A stretch of DNA of 64,000 bases from an uncultured Bacteroides sp. (GTDB taxonomy: Bacteria; Bacteroidota; Bacteroidia; Bacteroidales; Bacteroidaceae), in the NCBI GenBank assembly GCA_947074345.1, contig CAMTPH010000001.1, positions 48,650-112,649 on the forward strand, written 5' to 3'. The position numbers and the translations under genes were made by a program. The notes below the pieces were generated by a model, which worked only from the letters and a program-made list of their open reading frames with translations, did no database searches and had not been told where the DNA came from. How positions within the stretch are numbered: the first letter of the stretch is position 1; each line of letters opens with the position of its first letter. Shown here piece after piece: positions 19,499 through 29,581 of this stretch.

Positions 19499-20290
19499 TT
19501 ATAGTTTAAATACCTCTTTTAATTCTTGTAATTGCTCGTCAGACATCCCTGTTGGTATAAATTGCATACTTCGTGCTGTTAAATAGATTTGGGCAGCTTT
19601 TGATAAAACATCTATTTGATCAAATGCCTCTAGAATGTCTGGTCCTATTGCACAAACTCCATGTTTTTCCCACATCACAACATCATATTCATTTAGTTGT
19701 GCTATTGTGGATTTAGCGAGAGTTAAAGACCCAGGTAATTCATAAGAAGCAATACCTATTCCTTTAGGACAAAAGGCCCTTGTTTCAGGAATCATGCTCC
19801 ATAATAATTTTGAGAGTACATCTTTCTCTAAGAAAACTGGATTGTGGCTCATTGCAACTAGATCTATTGGATGTGTATGAATAGCTGCTTTATATCCAGT
19901 ACCTCTTTCAACCATTAAGTTATGCATTGATAGATGTGCAGGAAGTTCGGATGTTGGTTTAACCGGTTTGTCAGCTATTATTTCATAATGAGCACCATCA
20001 TTGCAAATGCGAATGATTGAGCCATTATCTAGTGGATGACGTGCTAAATCTCGCATGCGTTTGTTGGTTCCTTTGCAAAAGAAAAACATTCCTTTGATGT
20101 TAGGTAAAACTTCACCTATAGCTATGCGATCAGAAATGGGTGTTTTTGTTCGGAGTGTATCATCAATTTCGTTTGTAATATTGACTGTGATATTACCTCC
20201 GTTGCGTTCTGCCCATCCTTTTTCCCATAGATAACCCGCTACTTCAGCTATTTCATTAATAACTTTATCTAGTTTATCGTTATAATACAT
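19499..20290 (-). CDS. rhaD: Rhamnulose-1-phosphate aldolase
   Basis: GWAERNGGN, PTSELPAH, HTHP, WEKHG class II aldolase motifs. Confidence 0.95.
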   Translation of the reverse strand: MYYNDKLDKVINEIAEVAGYLWEKGWAERNGGNITVNITNEIDDTLRTKTPISDRIAIGEVLPNIKGMFFFCKGTNKRMRDLARHPLDNGSIIRICNDGAHYEIIADKPVKPTSELPAHLSMHNLMVERGTGYKAAIHTHPIDLVAMSHNPVFLEKDVLSKLLWSMIPETRAFCPKGIGIASYELPGSLTLAKSTIAQLNEYDVVMWEKHGVCAIGPDILEAFDQIDVLSKAAQIYLTARSMQFIPTGMSDEQLQELKEVFKL

Positions 20291-20325
20291 AGTGTTTATT
20301 TTAAATAATTATTTAGTATGCTAGT

Positions 20326-21345
20326 TTAAAACAATGATGGAAAGAAGATTGAAATAACTAGTATTACTAACCCTGTTATAAGTACTGCAATTGTCTTAGA
20401 GTTACAGCCTTTCCACTCTTTAAGGATAACGCCCCAAAAGTTAGAGAATAAAACGTTAAGTGACATCAATATCGACCAGGAAAATGCTATAATGATTGGA
20501 TATTCGGTTAAATAACTCTTTCCCATTTCTAGTCCAAAGAATTGTGAATACCATAAAACACCGGCTAAAGAACAAAAAAGGATATTGTTAATCAGAACTT
20601 TTGAATTACTATAATCAGAGAATGTTTTGTTTCGATAATTCTGATACAAACAATAAACTGCATTAGTAATGAATCCGCCAAAGGTGACAAGTAATATTAC
20701 GGCTAATCCTCCATATAATGGATCTACGCCAGCCATTAAAGCAGCTTCCTTTATAGGACTTCCCGCATCAAGTCCAAGAGCAAAGCAAGCGCTCATTACC
20801 CCTGCTAATATTGCAACAAAAAGACCCTTAGTCAATGCGAAATCTTTAATTGCTGCTCGTTTTTCTTCTTCACTCATGTTTTGTGCCCGTAGAGATCCGG
20901 CGTAACCAATAACTGCAATACCTGCTAGTGTTATACAAACCCCTAATAATAGGATCAATCCCCCTCCCCGTAGTAAATCAACTCCTGCAAATAGGGCAGG
21001 GAGTAATGTTCCAAATGCAGAGCAAGTACCTAAAGCAATTGATTGTCCTAAAGCAACTCCTAAATAGCGCATGCTTAATCCAAACGTAAGTCCACCTATT
21101 CCCCATAAGGCACCAAAAATGATTGATTCAAAAGCTCCACCACTTTTTAATAGTTCAAAAAGTGATGAATTCTCAGGAACAGACATTAATGCTCCTAGGA
21201 AAGGAAATATAAGCCAAGCAAAAATGCCTTGGGTTAACCAAAAAGATTCCCAAGACCATTTTTTAACTCGTTTGATTGGAACATACGAACTAGATTGTCC
21301 GAAGCTACCAATTGCTATGATTAATAAACCAATTAAAACTTCCAT
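20326..21345 (-). CDS. rhaT: L-rhamnose/proton symporter
   Basis: YVPIKRVKKWSWESFW, GLSMRYLGVALG, WYSQFFG, LKEWKG; about 10 TM helices. Confidence 0.95.
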   Translation of the reverse strand: MEVLIGLLIIAIGSFGQSSSYVPIKRVKKWSWESFWLTQGIFAWLIFPFLGALMSVPENSSLFELLKSGGAFESIIFGALWGIGGLTFGLSMRYLGVALGQSIALGTCSAFGTLLPALFAGVDLLRGGGLILLLGVCITLAGIAVIGYAGSLRAQNMSEEEKRAAIKDFALTKGLFVAILAGVMSACFALGLDAGSPIKEAALMAGVDPLYGGLAVILLVTFGGFITNAVYCLYQNYRNKTFSDYSNSKVLINNILFCSLAGVLWYSQFFGLEMGKSYLTEYPIIIAFSWSILMSLNVLFSNFWGVILKEWKGCNSKTIAVLITGLVILVISIFFPSLF

Positions 21346-21369
21346 AATTATTACGTTCTTATAAAAGTA

Positions 21370-22620
21370 TTAACCTCTTTTGGATGTAACTTCATTCTCA
21401 TAGGCTTGAATTTCTGCAATATATTCTTCGCCAACAGGAACATTGTTTTTCGCGCAAAACATATCCCATACAGCAGTCCAAGGAAGTGATTTAGCCTCTT
21501 CTAATAAGGCTAAGCGTTCAAATAATTGATCGTTAGCTTCATATTGTCGTAAAGTCTCAATAGGCTCAAGAAGTGCTTGTAAGAGACATTTTTGAGTTGC
21601 ACGAATACCCACCACATATGCGCCAATGCGGTTGATTGATGCGTCAAAATAGTCTAGTCCGATATTTACTTTATCCAAAGCACCACAACGAATAATCTCT
21701 CTAGCCAAGTCGAGTGTGTCATCATTCATGGTGGTTACATGATCAGAATCCCATCGTATAGGTCTACTAACATGAAGCATCACTTCTGGAGTGAATAGTA
21801 ACAGAGAAGATATTTTATCAGCAACACTTTCTGTTAGATGGAAGTGCCCTGTATCTAAAGTTACAATTTTGTTGTTTTTTGCACCATAACCTAAATAGAA
21901 ATCATAAGAACCAACAGTATAACTCTCTGCGCCGATACCAAATAATTTAGCTTCGATACAGTCTTTCATGTTTTCATATTTTGTTTCAAATATATCATCG
22001 AGGGATTCTTTTAAAATACGACGATACTCCAATCTGTTTACTGTTATATCTTTAGAACCATCATGAATCCAAAGATTCATGATACATGGCGAACCTTGTT
22101 GTTTACCTATCTCTTCGGCGATAGCACGAGAACGTTTAGTATGCTCAATCCAGAAATTACGAATCTCATCATTTGGATTAGACAAAGTTAATGTTCCACT
22201 TTTTGGATGAGAAAAAGAGGTGCTGTTAAAGTCTAATTTTAGATTATTCTTTTTGGCCCAATCAATCCAACTTTGGAAATGTGTTATATCTATCTGATCT
22301 CTATCTACAAATTTACCACCAAAGTCACCGTAAATAGCATGAATATTAACACGATGATTGCCTGCTATTAAAGTTGACACTTTTACAATATCAGCACGTA
22401 CCTCTTCCATGTTTCGTGCTTTCCCAGGATAGTTACCTGTAGCTTGTATCCCTCCCGATAATTGTCCTTCTGGATTTTCAAATCCAGATACATCATCCGT
22501 TTGCCAACAATGCATAGATATAGAAATATTCTCTAACTTATCTATTACTTCATCTGTGTTAATTCCTAATTTTTCATAGCGTTTTTTAGCAATCTCGTAA
22601 GATTCTTTAATCTGTTCCAT
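21370..22620 (-). CDS. rhaA: L-rhamnose isomerase
   Basis: SMHCWQTDDV, GIQATGNYPGKAR, EAKLFGIGAESYTVGS, LHVSRPIRWDSDHV, GLDYFDASINR. Confidence 0.97.
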   Translation of the reverse strand: MEQIKESYEIAKKRYEKLGINTDEVIDKLENISISMHCWQTDDVSGFENPEGQLSGGIQATGNYPGKARNMEEVRADIVKVSTLIAGNHRVNIHAIYGDFGGKFVDRDQIDITHFQSWIDWAKKNNLKLDFNSTSFSHPKSGTLTLSNPNDEIRNFWIEHTKRSRAIAEEIGKQQGSPCIMNLWIHDGSKDITVNRLEYRRILKESLDDIFETKYENMKDCIEAKLFGIGAESYTVGSYDFYLGYGAKNNKIVTLDTGHFHLTESVADKISSLLLFTPEVMLHVSRPIRWDSDHVTTMNDDTLDLAREIIRCGALDKVNIGLDYFDASINRIGAYVVGIRATQKCLLQALLEPIETLRQYEANDQLFERLALLEEAKSLPWTAVWDMFCAKNNVPVGEEYIAEIQAYENEVTSKRG

Positions 22621-22651
22621 AGTATTATTTTAAAGTTATATTAATTGTAAT

Positions 22652-24127
22652 TTATTGAATAATTGACTTAAAGCGTTGATATGCATTATCCCATTGTTCT
22701 TTATCAATAGGATAAAATGTCTGTGTCTCAATTCCAGACGCAATAATGTTTCTCATTTTCCACAAACTATCAACAACTCCCGCAGCTTTTGCTTGAACCA
22801 TTATATTGCCAATTGCAGTAGCCTCAGAAGGGCCTGCGATTACTTTCAATCCAATAGAATTGGCAGTAAACTGATTTAATAACGAATTGCGAGAACCACC
22901 TCCTATAATATGAAGTTGTTCTATAGGGAAAGCCGCTAAAGAAGAGAACATTTCGAGCACAGAACGATATTTTAGAGCAAGACTCTCGAAAATAAGTCTT
23001 ATGTATTCTCCATGATTTTGAGGTTTTGTTTGGTTGGTTCTTTTGCAATAATCATCTATAGCTTGCAACATGCTTATTGGATTTGCAAAAGAATCATCAT
23101 CGGGATCAATGATTGCTACAAAAGGTTTAGCCTTCGTAGCAAGTTCCACCATTTGTGAATAGGAATAATCTATGCCATTCTTTTTCCACTCCTTGAGGCA
23201 TTGTTCTACTATCCATAAACCTGTTATGTTTTTTAATAACCTAATAGTTCCATCAACCCCTCCTTCATTGGTAATATTCCATTTAGAAGTTTGTTCAGAT
23301 ATGACAGGCTCTTTGGTCTCTATTCCCATTAAAGACCATGTGCCTGAACTTAAGTAGGCAAAGTTCTGGTTAGGTGCTGGTACAGCAGCAACAGCAGATG
23401 CAGTATCATGGCCGGCAACTGCGATAACTGGAATCATTGGTAAGCCACAATCTTCAGCAATCTCCTTGGTAAGAAAACCAATTTTTTCGCTAGGCATCAC
23501 AATTCTACCAAAGTAGTCAGCTCTAAGATCAACACACTCTAGCAATTCTTTATCAAACTGTTTTGTATATGGATTTATTAATTGCGAAGTAGAAGCAATT
23601 GTATATTCCGTTACCATTTCACCCGTTAGCATATAGCTTAGAGCATCTGGCATAAATAATAGCTTATCACATGCCTGCAGTTGACTTGAATTATCTCTTT
23701 GCATAGCATAAAGCTGATAAAGCGAATTCAAATTTAAAACTTGTATTCCTGTGCGAGCATAGACTTCATCTTTTGGCATATACTTATCGAAAAACTCTTC
23801 GTTCGCTCCTTCAGTATGTGGATCTCTATATGAATAAGGTAGTCCCAAGAAAGTACCATCACGTCCGATAAAAGCAAAGTCTACTCCCCAAGTGTCGATC
23901 CCGATAGATGTTATCTCCACATTTTCTTTAGATGCAGCAATTAAACCAACACGTATATGCTCATAAAGAGAAAAAATATTCCAATAATAATGTCCGTTGA
24001 GCGGAAGTATTTGGTTGGGAAACCTAGTCAGCTCTTTTAATGAAAGCATATCGTCTGATAATTTCCCAAGAATGGTTCGACCTGAGGTTGCTCCAAGATC
24101 AAAGGCAAGGAAGTAAAGTGTTTTCAT
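22652..24127 (-). CDS. rhaB: Rhamnulokinase
   Basis: DLGATSGR, IGIDTWGVD, GHDTASA, SSGTWSLMG, TNEGG FGGY-family motifs. Promoter TAATTTTG 24150-24157 (minus). Confidence 0.95.
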   Translation of the reverse strand: MKTLYFLAFDLGATSGRTILGKLSDDMLSLKELTRFPNQILPLNGHYYWNIFSLYEHIRVGLIAASKENVEITSIGIDTWGVDFAFIGRDGTFLGLPYSYRDPHTEGANEEFFDKYMPKDEVYARTGIQVLNLNSLYQLYAMQRDNSSQLQACDKLLFMPDALSYMLTGEMVTEYTIASTSQLINPYTKQFDKELLECVDLRADYFGRIVMPSEKIGFLTKEIAEDCGLPMIPVIAVAGHDTASAVAAVPAPNQNFAYLSSGTWSLMGIETKEPVISEQTSKWNITNEGGVDGTIRLLKNITGLWIVEQCLKEWKKNGIDYSYSQMVELATKAKPFVAIIDPDDDSFANPISMLQAIDDYCKRTNQTKPQNHGEYIRLIFESLALKYRSVLEMFSSLAAFPIEQLHIIGGGSRNSLLNQFTANSIGLKVIAGPSEATAIGNIMVQAKAAGVVDSLWKMRNIIASGIETQTFYPIDKEQWDNAYQRFKSIIQ

Positions 24128-24213
24128 TCTAGTATTAATTGTTATACTGCAAAATTATCTAAATCAGCAATCTAACAATTGACAAAAGTGACCTTACTTC
24201 TTTGAGTTTTGAT

Positions 24214-25107
24214 TTATCTCATAGCTCTATACTCAGTAGGACTATAACCTGTGCGTTTTTTAAAGAAAACAGCAAATGACTCTGGATTATCATAGCTTAA
24301 TTTAAAAGATATCTCTTTGATTGATTTATTAGAAGTAGAAAGGAGTAATTTTGCTTCGTCTAACTTAAGCTCTTGATAGTAATAGGAAGGTGATACACCT
24401 ATGAATTCTTTAAATGTTTTTCTGAAGTTCGAATAACTCATATTTATATCGCTGGCTAATTTTTCTAAATCCAGTTTATCATAGATAGCTTCGCGCATAA
24501 TAAGTTTTACTTGATTCATCTTATTAATAATCTGTTGATCATCATGACCATGAGTTCTATCGCGATAACTGGCCAATCCTAGAATGTGCATTACAATTCC
24601 TGCTAAAGCTTGTTGATAACCAGCGCGTCCTTCTTCGGCAATCTCCATTGCTTTAATGTATAAGTCGATTATTCGTTCGTTCAAACCAACTTTTAATAAT
24701 GGATTTGATGGTGATAAGAAACTGTTTTTAACAATATCATCGATGATAGAGCCTGAAAAGCCAATCCAATATTCACTCCAACCGGTCTTTTTATCGGGTT
24801 TGTAGGTATGTCGTATGTGTGGATATATCAAGAACATCTCCCCAGCATTTATGCAAAAATCTCCTATGCCATCAATATGCAGCGTTCCTTTACCATTTAT
24901 AATATAGAGTAATTGATATTCAGTTAACACACGTCCTTGGTCAACACGAAAAAAATACTCATTAGGATGTATATCTATTGGTGGATAAATCTGATTGGGA
25001 GCAGTTATTTGTCTGCCAACAGTGTTAACAATAACCCCGAACTGACTATCTCTTTCGTCTGCTACAAGATAACGTATTATATCTCTATTTACTTTCTTTG
25101 TTTCCAT
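24214..25107 (-). CDS. AraC-family regulator (paralog of 18558..19475)
   Basis: GRVLTEYQLLYI, GWSEYWIGF, SYSNFRKTFK...FKKRTGYSP. Start set at METKK because promoter TAGTTTTG (25153-25160) overlaps the ORF-track start. Confidence 0.85.
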   Translation of the reverse strand: METKKVNRDIIRYLVADERDSQFGVIVNTVGRQITAPNQIYPPIDIHPNEYFFRVDQGRVLTEYQLLYIINGKGTLHIDGIGDFCINAGEMFLIYPHIRHTYKPDKKTGWSEYWIGFSGSIIDDIVKNSFLSPSNPLLKVGLNERIIDLYIKAMEIAEEGRAGYQQALAGIVMHILGLASYRDRTHGHDDQQIINKMNQVKLIMREAIYDKLDLEKLASDINMSYSNFRKTFKEFIGVSPSYYYQELKLDEAKLLLSTSNKSIKEISFKLSYDNPESFAVFFKKRTGYSPTEYRAMR

Positions 25108-25200
25108 AATATGATAGGTTTCCAATAATAGCTTAAAGTTTAAGACTGTGTACAAAACTAAATAAGTTTTTCAAGAAATACCCATTTATATGATAATAAA

Positions 25201-25242
25201 GATTTTAAGAGCACAATTATATTAAACTGTTCTCTTAAAATC
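25201..25242 (-). terminator. Hairpin after GH28
   Basis: GATTTTAAGAG...CTCTTAAAATC inverted repeat. Confidence 0.5.
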
Positions 25243-25262
25243 ATTGTGTTGGTTGCGAATGA

Positions 25263-26834
25263 TTATTTCACATTTTCACCAAATTCGACTTTTCCTTTTA
25301 GCCCTTCAAACTTACATGATTGTACGTTTGAAACTTTTAGAGGCACATTATCTTCAGATATAATTTCTACATCTTCCATCTTAACACCATTCGAGTAGCA
25401 TATCTCAGCTCCTAGTCTTGAAGTGATAAATACATTCTTTACATTAATATTGGCAATAGGCATTTCTGGAATACCATTAAAGAACATTGCTCTGCGTGCA
25501 CCACGACAGTTTAATCCATCAATATATATGTTTCTAAATACAGGAGTTGTTTCGTCGACTATAAATTTAGCCACTGCTCTTTCCTCAACTCCTTGTTCCA
25601 AAACTTCTACAGCAGACTTTCCTCCATAGAATAGATCAAATAGGATAGGTTCAGTTGCAATATCAGACATGGCTACATCTTTTATATATATATTCTCAAC
25701 AACACCACCACGACCGCGACGACTCTTAAATCTTAAGCCCACATCAGTCGAAATAAAGTTACTGTTCTCAACCAATACATTTTGTACGCCACCCGACATT
25801 TCACTACCAACAACAAAACCACCGTGACCTCTAAATACAGTACAACCACTTACAATAATGTTTTTTGTAGGAATACCTCTTACGCGTCCATCTTTATCTT
25901 TGCCCGATTTAATGCAGATAGCATCATCACCAACATCAAAACGGCTGTTTACTATCAATACATTTGTACATGACTCAACATCAAGTCCATCACCATTCTG
26001 TGCATACGAAGGATTGCGTACAAGTACTTCGTCTACAATCAAGTTAGTACATTTAAGAGGATGAATGTTCCACGCAGGAGAATTCTGAAATATAACACCT
26101 TGAAGATATATATTCGAACAATCGATGAGGCTTACCATTACTGGACGTAAGAAATCCTTCACAGAAGCCCACTCTTCATCCGTTGATAGATGGCGCGGTA
26201 CATTCATATCAGAGATAGCATCACCTTTTAAAGCTTGTTCACTTGGAAACCAATAAGTAGGGCGTTTGTAAGCACCTCCTCTTGATGTAACCCGTTTCCA
26301 AGTCGATTCATTCACTTTCTCTCTTTTCAAAGGTCGCCAATATTCACCGTTACCATCAATTGTGCCAAGTCCGGTAATTGCAATGTTGGTAGCATTGGTT
26401 GCCGAGATAGGCGATTGACAACGTTTTGTGTTATCTAATCCTTCAAAAGAAGTATCAACAAGCGGATAAAGACTTTTATCCTCAGAGAATAGAATAATTG
26501 CTCCACCATCTAAATGAAGATTTATGTTGCTCTTTAAAACTATAGGGCCAGTATACCATATTCCAATTGGAACATTGAGTACACCACCCCCTATTTTACT
26601 TAAATGGTCAATCGCTTTAGCAAAAGCTTCTGTAGAAAGTGTTTTGCCACTTGCATCACCACCAAAGTCGGCAACAGATACTTTGTTATCTTTAAAAGTA
26701 GGTATTTGCACTTTCGGCATATTGAAAGGTAAATCCTTATACAAATACTCAAACTTATAGTCTGTGGCTTTTGATGTTAGTGTAAACAGCAAGAGAGCCA
26801 CTATCGTGAAAATCTTCTTCATTATGTCTTTCAT
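25263..26834 (-). CDS. GH28 polygalacturonase / exo-galacturonase
   Basis: Signal peptide; NSPAWNIHP, QNGDGLD, GDDAICIKSG, GHGG..GSE, RFKS motifs. Confidence 0.9.
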   Translation of the reverse strand: MKDIMKKIFTIVALLLFTLTSKATDYKFEYLYKDLPFNMPKVQIPTFKDNKVSVADFGGDASGKTLSTEAFAKAIDHLSKIGGGVLNVPIGIWYTGPIVLKSNINLHLDGGAIILFSEDKSLYPLVDTSFEGLDNTKRCQSPISATNATNIAITGLGTIDGNGEYWRPLKREKVNESTWKRVTSRGGAYKRPTYWFPSEQALKGDAISDMNVPRHLSTDEEWASVKDFLRPVMVSLIDCSNIYLQGVIFQNSPAWNIHPLKCTNLIVDEVLVRNPSYAQNGDGLDVESCTNVLIVNSRFDVGDDAICIKSGKDKDGRVRGIPTKNIIVSGCTVFRGHGGFVVGSEMSGGVQNVLVENSNFISTDVGLRFKSRRGRGGVVENIYIKDVAMSDIATEPILFDLFYGGKSAVEVLEQGVEERAVAKFIVDETTPVFRNIYIDGLNCRGARRAMFFNGIPEMPIANINVKNVFITSRLGAEICYSNGVKMEDVEIISEDNVPLKVSNVQSCKFEGLKGKVEFGENVK

Positions 26835-26844
26835 TTATTAAATA

Positions 26845-29367
26845 TTACAAACCTAGCTCTAAGCATCCCATGATATATGGTCCTGTAGCTTTGGCATCAT
26901 CATTGCGCATTTTCTCACCGATGTAGTACTCAAAACTACCATCGCGGTATGGGTTCCCTCCAAGTCCACCAACAGAGCAACATTTAGTCAATGTTAAGTC
27001 TCCGGTAGAAGTAGTACCTATTAATCTCTTGTTGATTCCGTTAAAAGCCTTTTCGGCATATTGGCGATAACTCTTATCGATATAACCTTTGTTTACAGCT
27101 TTGGCATATGCATACATGAATTGAGTTGTTACAGATGCTTCAGGGAAATTGCCTTTGCGAGTAGGGCAGTCTAGTACTTGATACCATAAGCCGTTTTTAT
27201 CTTGATATTTAGGGAGTGTGTCAGCTAATCCTTGTACCAATGATATAACAAATGGTCTATCAGGATGATCTTCCGGAATAAAATCTAGATTATCTACCAA
27301 TGCCATAAACCACCAACCAATGCTACGTCCCCAAAAGTTAGGAGAGTGACCTGTTTCAGGATTAGCCCAACGTTGTCTTTTGCTTTCATCCCACGCATGA
27401 TGATACAATCCTGTCTCTTTATCATAGGTGTGCGCATGACAAATCTTTATTTGGTTGATTGCTTCTTCAATCCATTCGGGCTTATTGAAAGTAGTTCCAT
27501 ATTGCGCTAAGAAAGGCGAACACATATATAAACCATCCAACCATATTTGATGTTGATAGATTAGTTTATGCCAATATCCACCATCGGTAGTGCGAGGATG
27601 ACGTTTCATTTGTGTAATCAACAAATCCATGGCTTTGCGATATTTCTCTTTTCCTGTTTCTTGATAACAGTCAAATAATACTTTTCCAGAGTTAATAAAG
27701 TCGATGTTGTAGGTAGACATATCATATAAATGAATGTCGCCATTGTCGTTGATAAGCGAATCGGCCCATTGTTCTACGTAATCAAAATAACGACGATCGC
27801 CTGTTGATTTCCACATCTTAAGCATAGCAGTGCAGCCTACACCTTGTGCATAGCCAAAGTATAAACGTTTACCATGGTCTAACCTCCAGGCAGATGTAAA
27901 GCGATTCATTTCAGAATCGGCAAACTTACGTGAGTTTAGATCAGGTTCCCAATTATCAGTTCTGAAAGGAACGGCAGGCAAACCATCCGAATTGCAAAGA
28001 TTGACTTTAAACCATTTACCATAACCGTAGCGTACTGCTACAGGATTGTTTACCTTTGGTGATGTTAGTCTCACCTTATTACCTTCAGTTATGGCATTCG
28101 CTGTATAAAATCTACGATCATCTCCGGCAATCATAAAGCCTTCAACTTGGCCATTGTCGGCTGCTTTCAATCCTTCATTCGCATTAGCAAAAGTGGCAAT
28201 AATTGTATTTCCATCAGTACTAGTTGATAAAAGATAAGGACTTTCGCATGCTATGTTTTTGCCATAATCACGATTGAGTGCCCAGCGAGCAAGTCGTTCG
28301 CCTGGTACTACTTTATTGCGAGGATGAATATCTGTAGAATCGCCTACATCGGTGACAACAACCATTCCAGTGTTTGCAACCGAACGCCATGTATCAAACT
28401 GTGCTTGGCGTATAGATGCAGGTTGACCATAGTGTGGGGCAATCTGAACAAAGTAGAAAGGCAACTTATTATTCTTCCACTCTTTGCGCCATGCATTAAT
28501 CATATTGGTAAAAACTTGTTGGTACTTATCAGCTCTAATGGCGTTTGACTCACCTTGATACCAGATTACCCCTTTAATTGTATAAGGACTAATTGGTGCA
28601 ATCATGCCATTCCAGAGTGTAGCAGGAACTTTACAAGAATCTTTTTTCTGTTTAATGTTTTTCTCGGCAAAATCGTTTAGTACATCTTTGTATAGAGCGT
28701 TCTTAGCCATTACTGGCATCGGAGTCCATGATTCGGCATGTGTTCCTCCCCAGGTCGATTGAATAATACCAATAGGCTGATTGATGGTTTCTAATAAAGA
28801 TCGACCAAAGATAAAACCTACAGCAGAAAAATCTTTTAGATTATCGGGATTGCAAACAACCCATTTACCCACACAGTTGTCTTGTTCGGCATAAGGTGCA
28901 AGTTGATGTTCAACAATAAACAGGCGCATATTGTCGAAACTCGCGTTTTTCATTATCTCATCATAGTCAAACATCCCTGTTTTCCACTTTGAAGTTGAGC
29001 TCTTGGCGGTTGGGTATTCCATATTTGATTGGCCCGAACACAACCATACCTCTCCAATAAGAATGTTGTTTATTGCTATTTCATTATCACCTTTTATTGA
29101 GATAGTCTGGTTGGTTGTAGCTTCAGGAGTATGTATTTTGATACTCCATTTCCCCTCTTTCGATGTTTTAACCGAATAGCTCTTATCAGACCAAGAAGTT
29201 GATATATTTACCGTTTGGTGAGGATTAGCCCATCCCCATAAATTAACTTCTGACTGTTGTTGTAATACCATATTGTCAGAAAATATTGCAGGTACACTTA
29301 CTTGTGCGTTGATAGCATTAACCACACAGATGAGTATAGTTATTAATGCGATACAAAATTTGTTCAT
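26845..29367 (-). CDS. Sialate-O-acetylesterase-like SGNH esterase fused to GH105
   Basis: N-half GEVWLCSGQSNM, WYQGESN, DIHPRNK; C-half QIWLDGLYM, WGRSIGW, EASVT. Start set at MNKFC (29367). Confidence 0.85.
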   Translation of the reverse strand: MNKFCIALITILICVVNAINAQVSVPAIFSDNMVLQQQSEVNLWGWANPHQTVNISTSWSDKSYSVKTSKEGKWSIKIHTPEATTNQTISIKGDNEIAINNILIGEVWLCSGQSNMEYPTAKSSTSKWKTGMFDYDEIMKNASFDNMRLFIVEHQLAPYAEQDNCVGKWVVCNPDNLKDFSAVGFIFGRSLLETINQPIGIIQSTWGGTHAESWTPMPVMAKNALYKDVLNDFAEKNIKQKKDSCKVPATLWNGMIAPISPYTIKGVIWYQGESNAIRADKYQQVFTNMINAWRKEWKNNKLPFYFVQIAPHYGQPASIRQAQFDTWRSVANTGMVVVTDVGDSTDIHPRNKVVPGERLARWALNRDYGKNIACESPYLLSTSTDGNTIIATFANANEGLKAADNGQVEGFMIAGDDRRFYTANAITEGNKVRLTSPKVNNPVAVRYGYGKWFKVNLCNSDGLPAVPFRTDNWEPDLNSRKFADSEMNRFTSAWRLDHGKRLYFGYAQGVGCTAMLKMWKSTGDRRYFDYVEQWADSLINDNGDIHLYDMSTYNIDFINSGKVLFDCYQETGKEKYRKAMDLLITQMKRHPRTTDGGYWHKLIYQHQIWLDGLYMCSPFLAQYGTTFNKPEWIEEAINQIKICHAHTYDKETGLYHHAWDESKRQRWANPETGHSPNFWGRSIGWWFMALVDNLDFIPEDHPDRPFVISLVQGLADTLPKYQDKNGLWYQVLDCPTRKGNFPEASVTTQFMYAYAKAVNKGYIDKSYRQYAEKAFNGINKRLIGTTSTGDLTLTKCCSVGGLGGNPYRDGSFEYYIGEKMRNDDAKATGPYIMGCLELGL

Positions 29368-29581
29368 AGTATTAATGTCAATTGAATGTGTTAACAAAAA
29401 TAACAGATAGTGCAAAACAATCAAAGAGAAGAGCCAACGAAAATCATTTTGAAGAGTATAAAATCAAAAAGTATATGTAAAATGAGCTAAGAACTATTTA
29501 AAATGGCTCAACTAAATAACAAAAATTGATATTATAAAGATGATTAGTATATTTGTACCAATCGTAAATAAAACTAATAGC

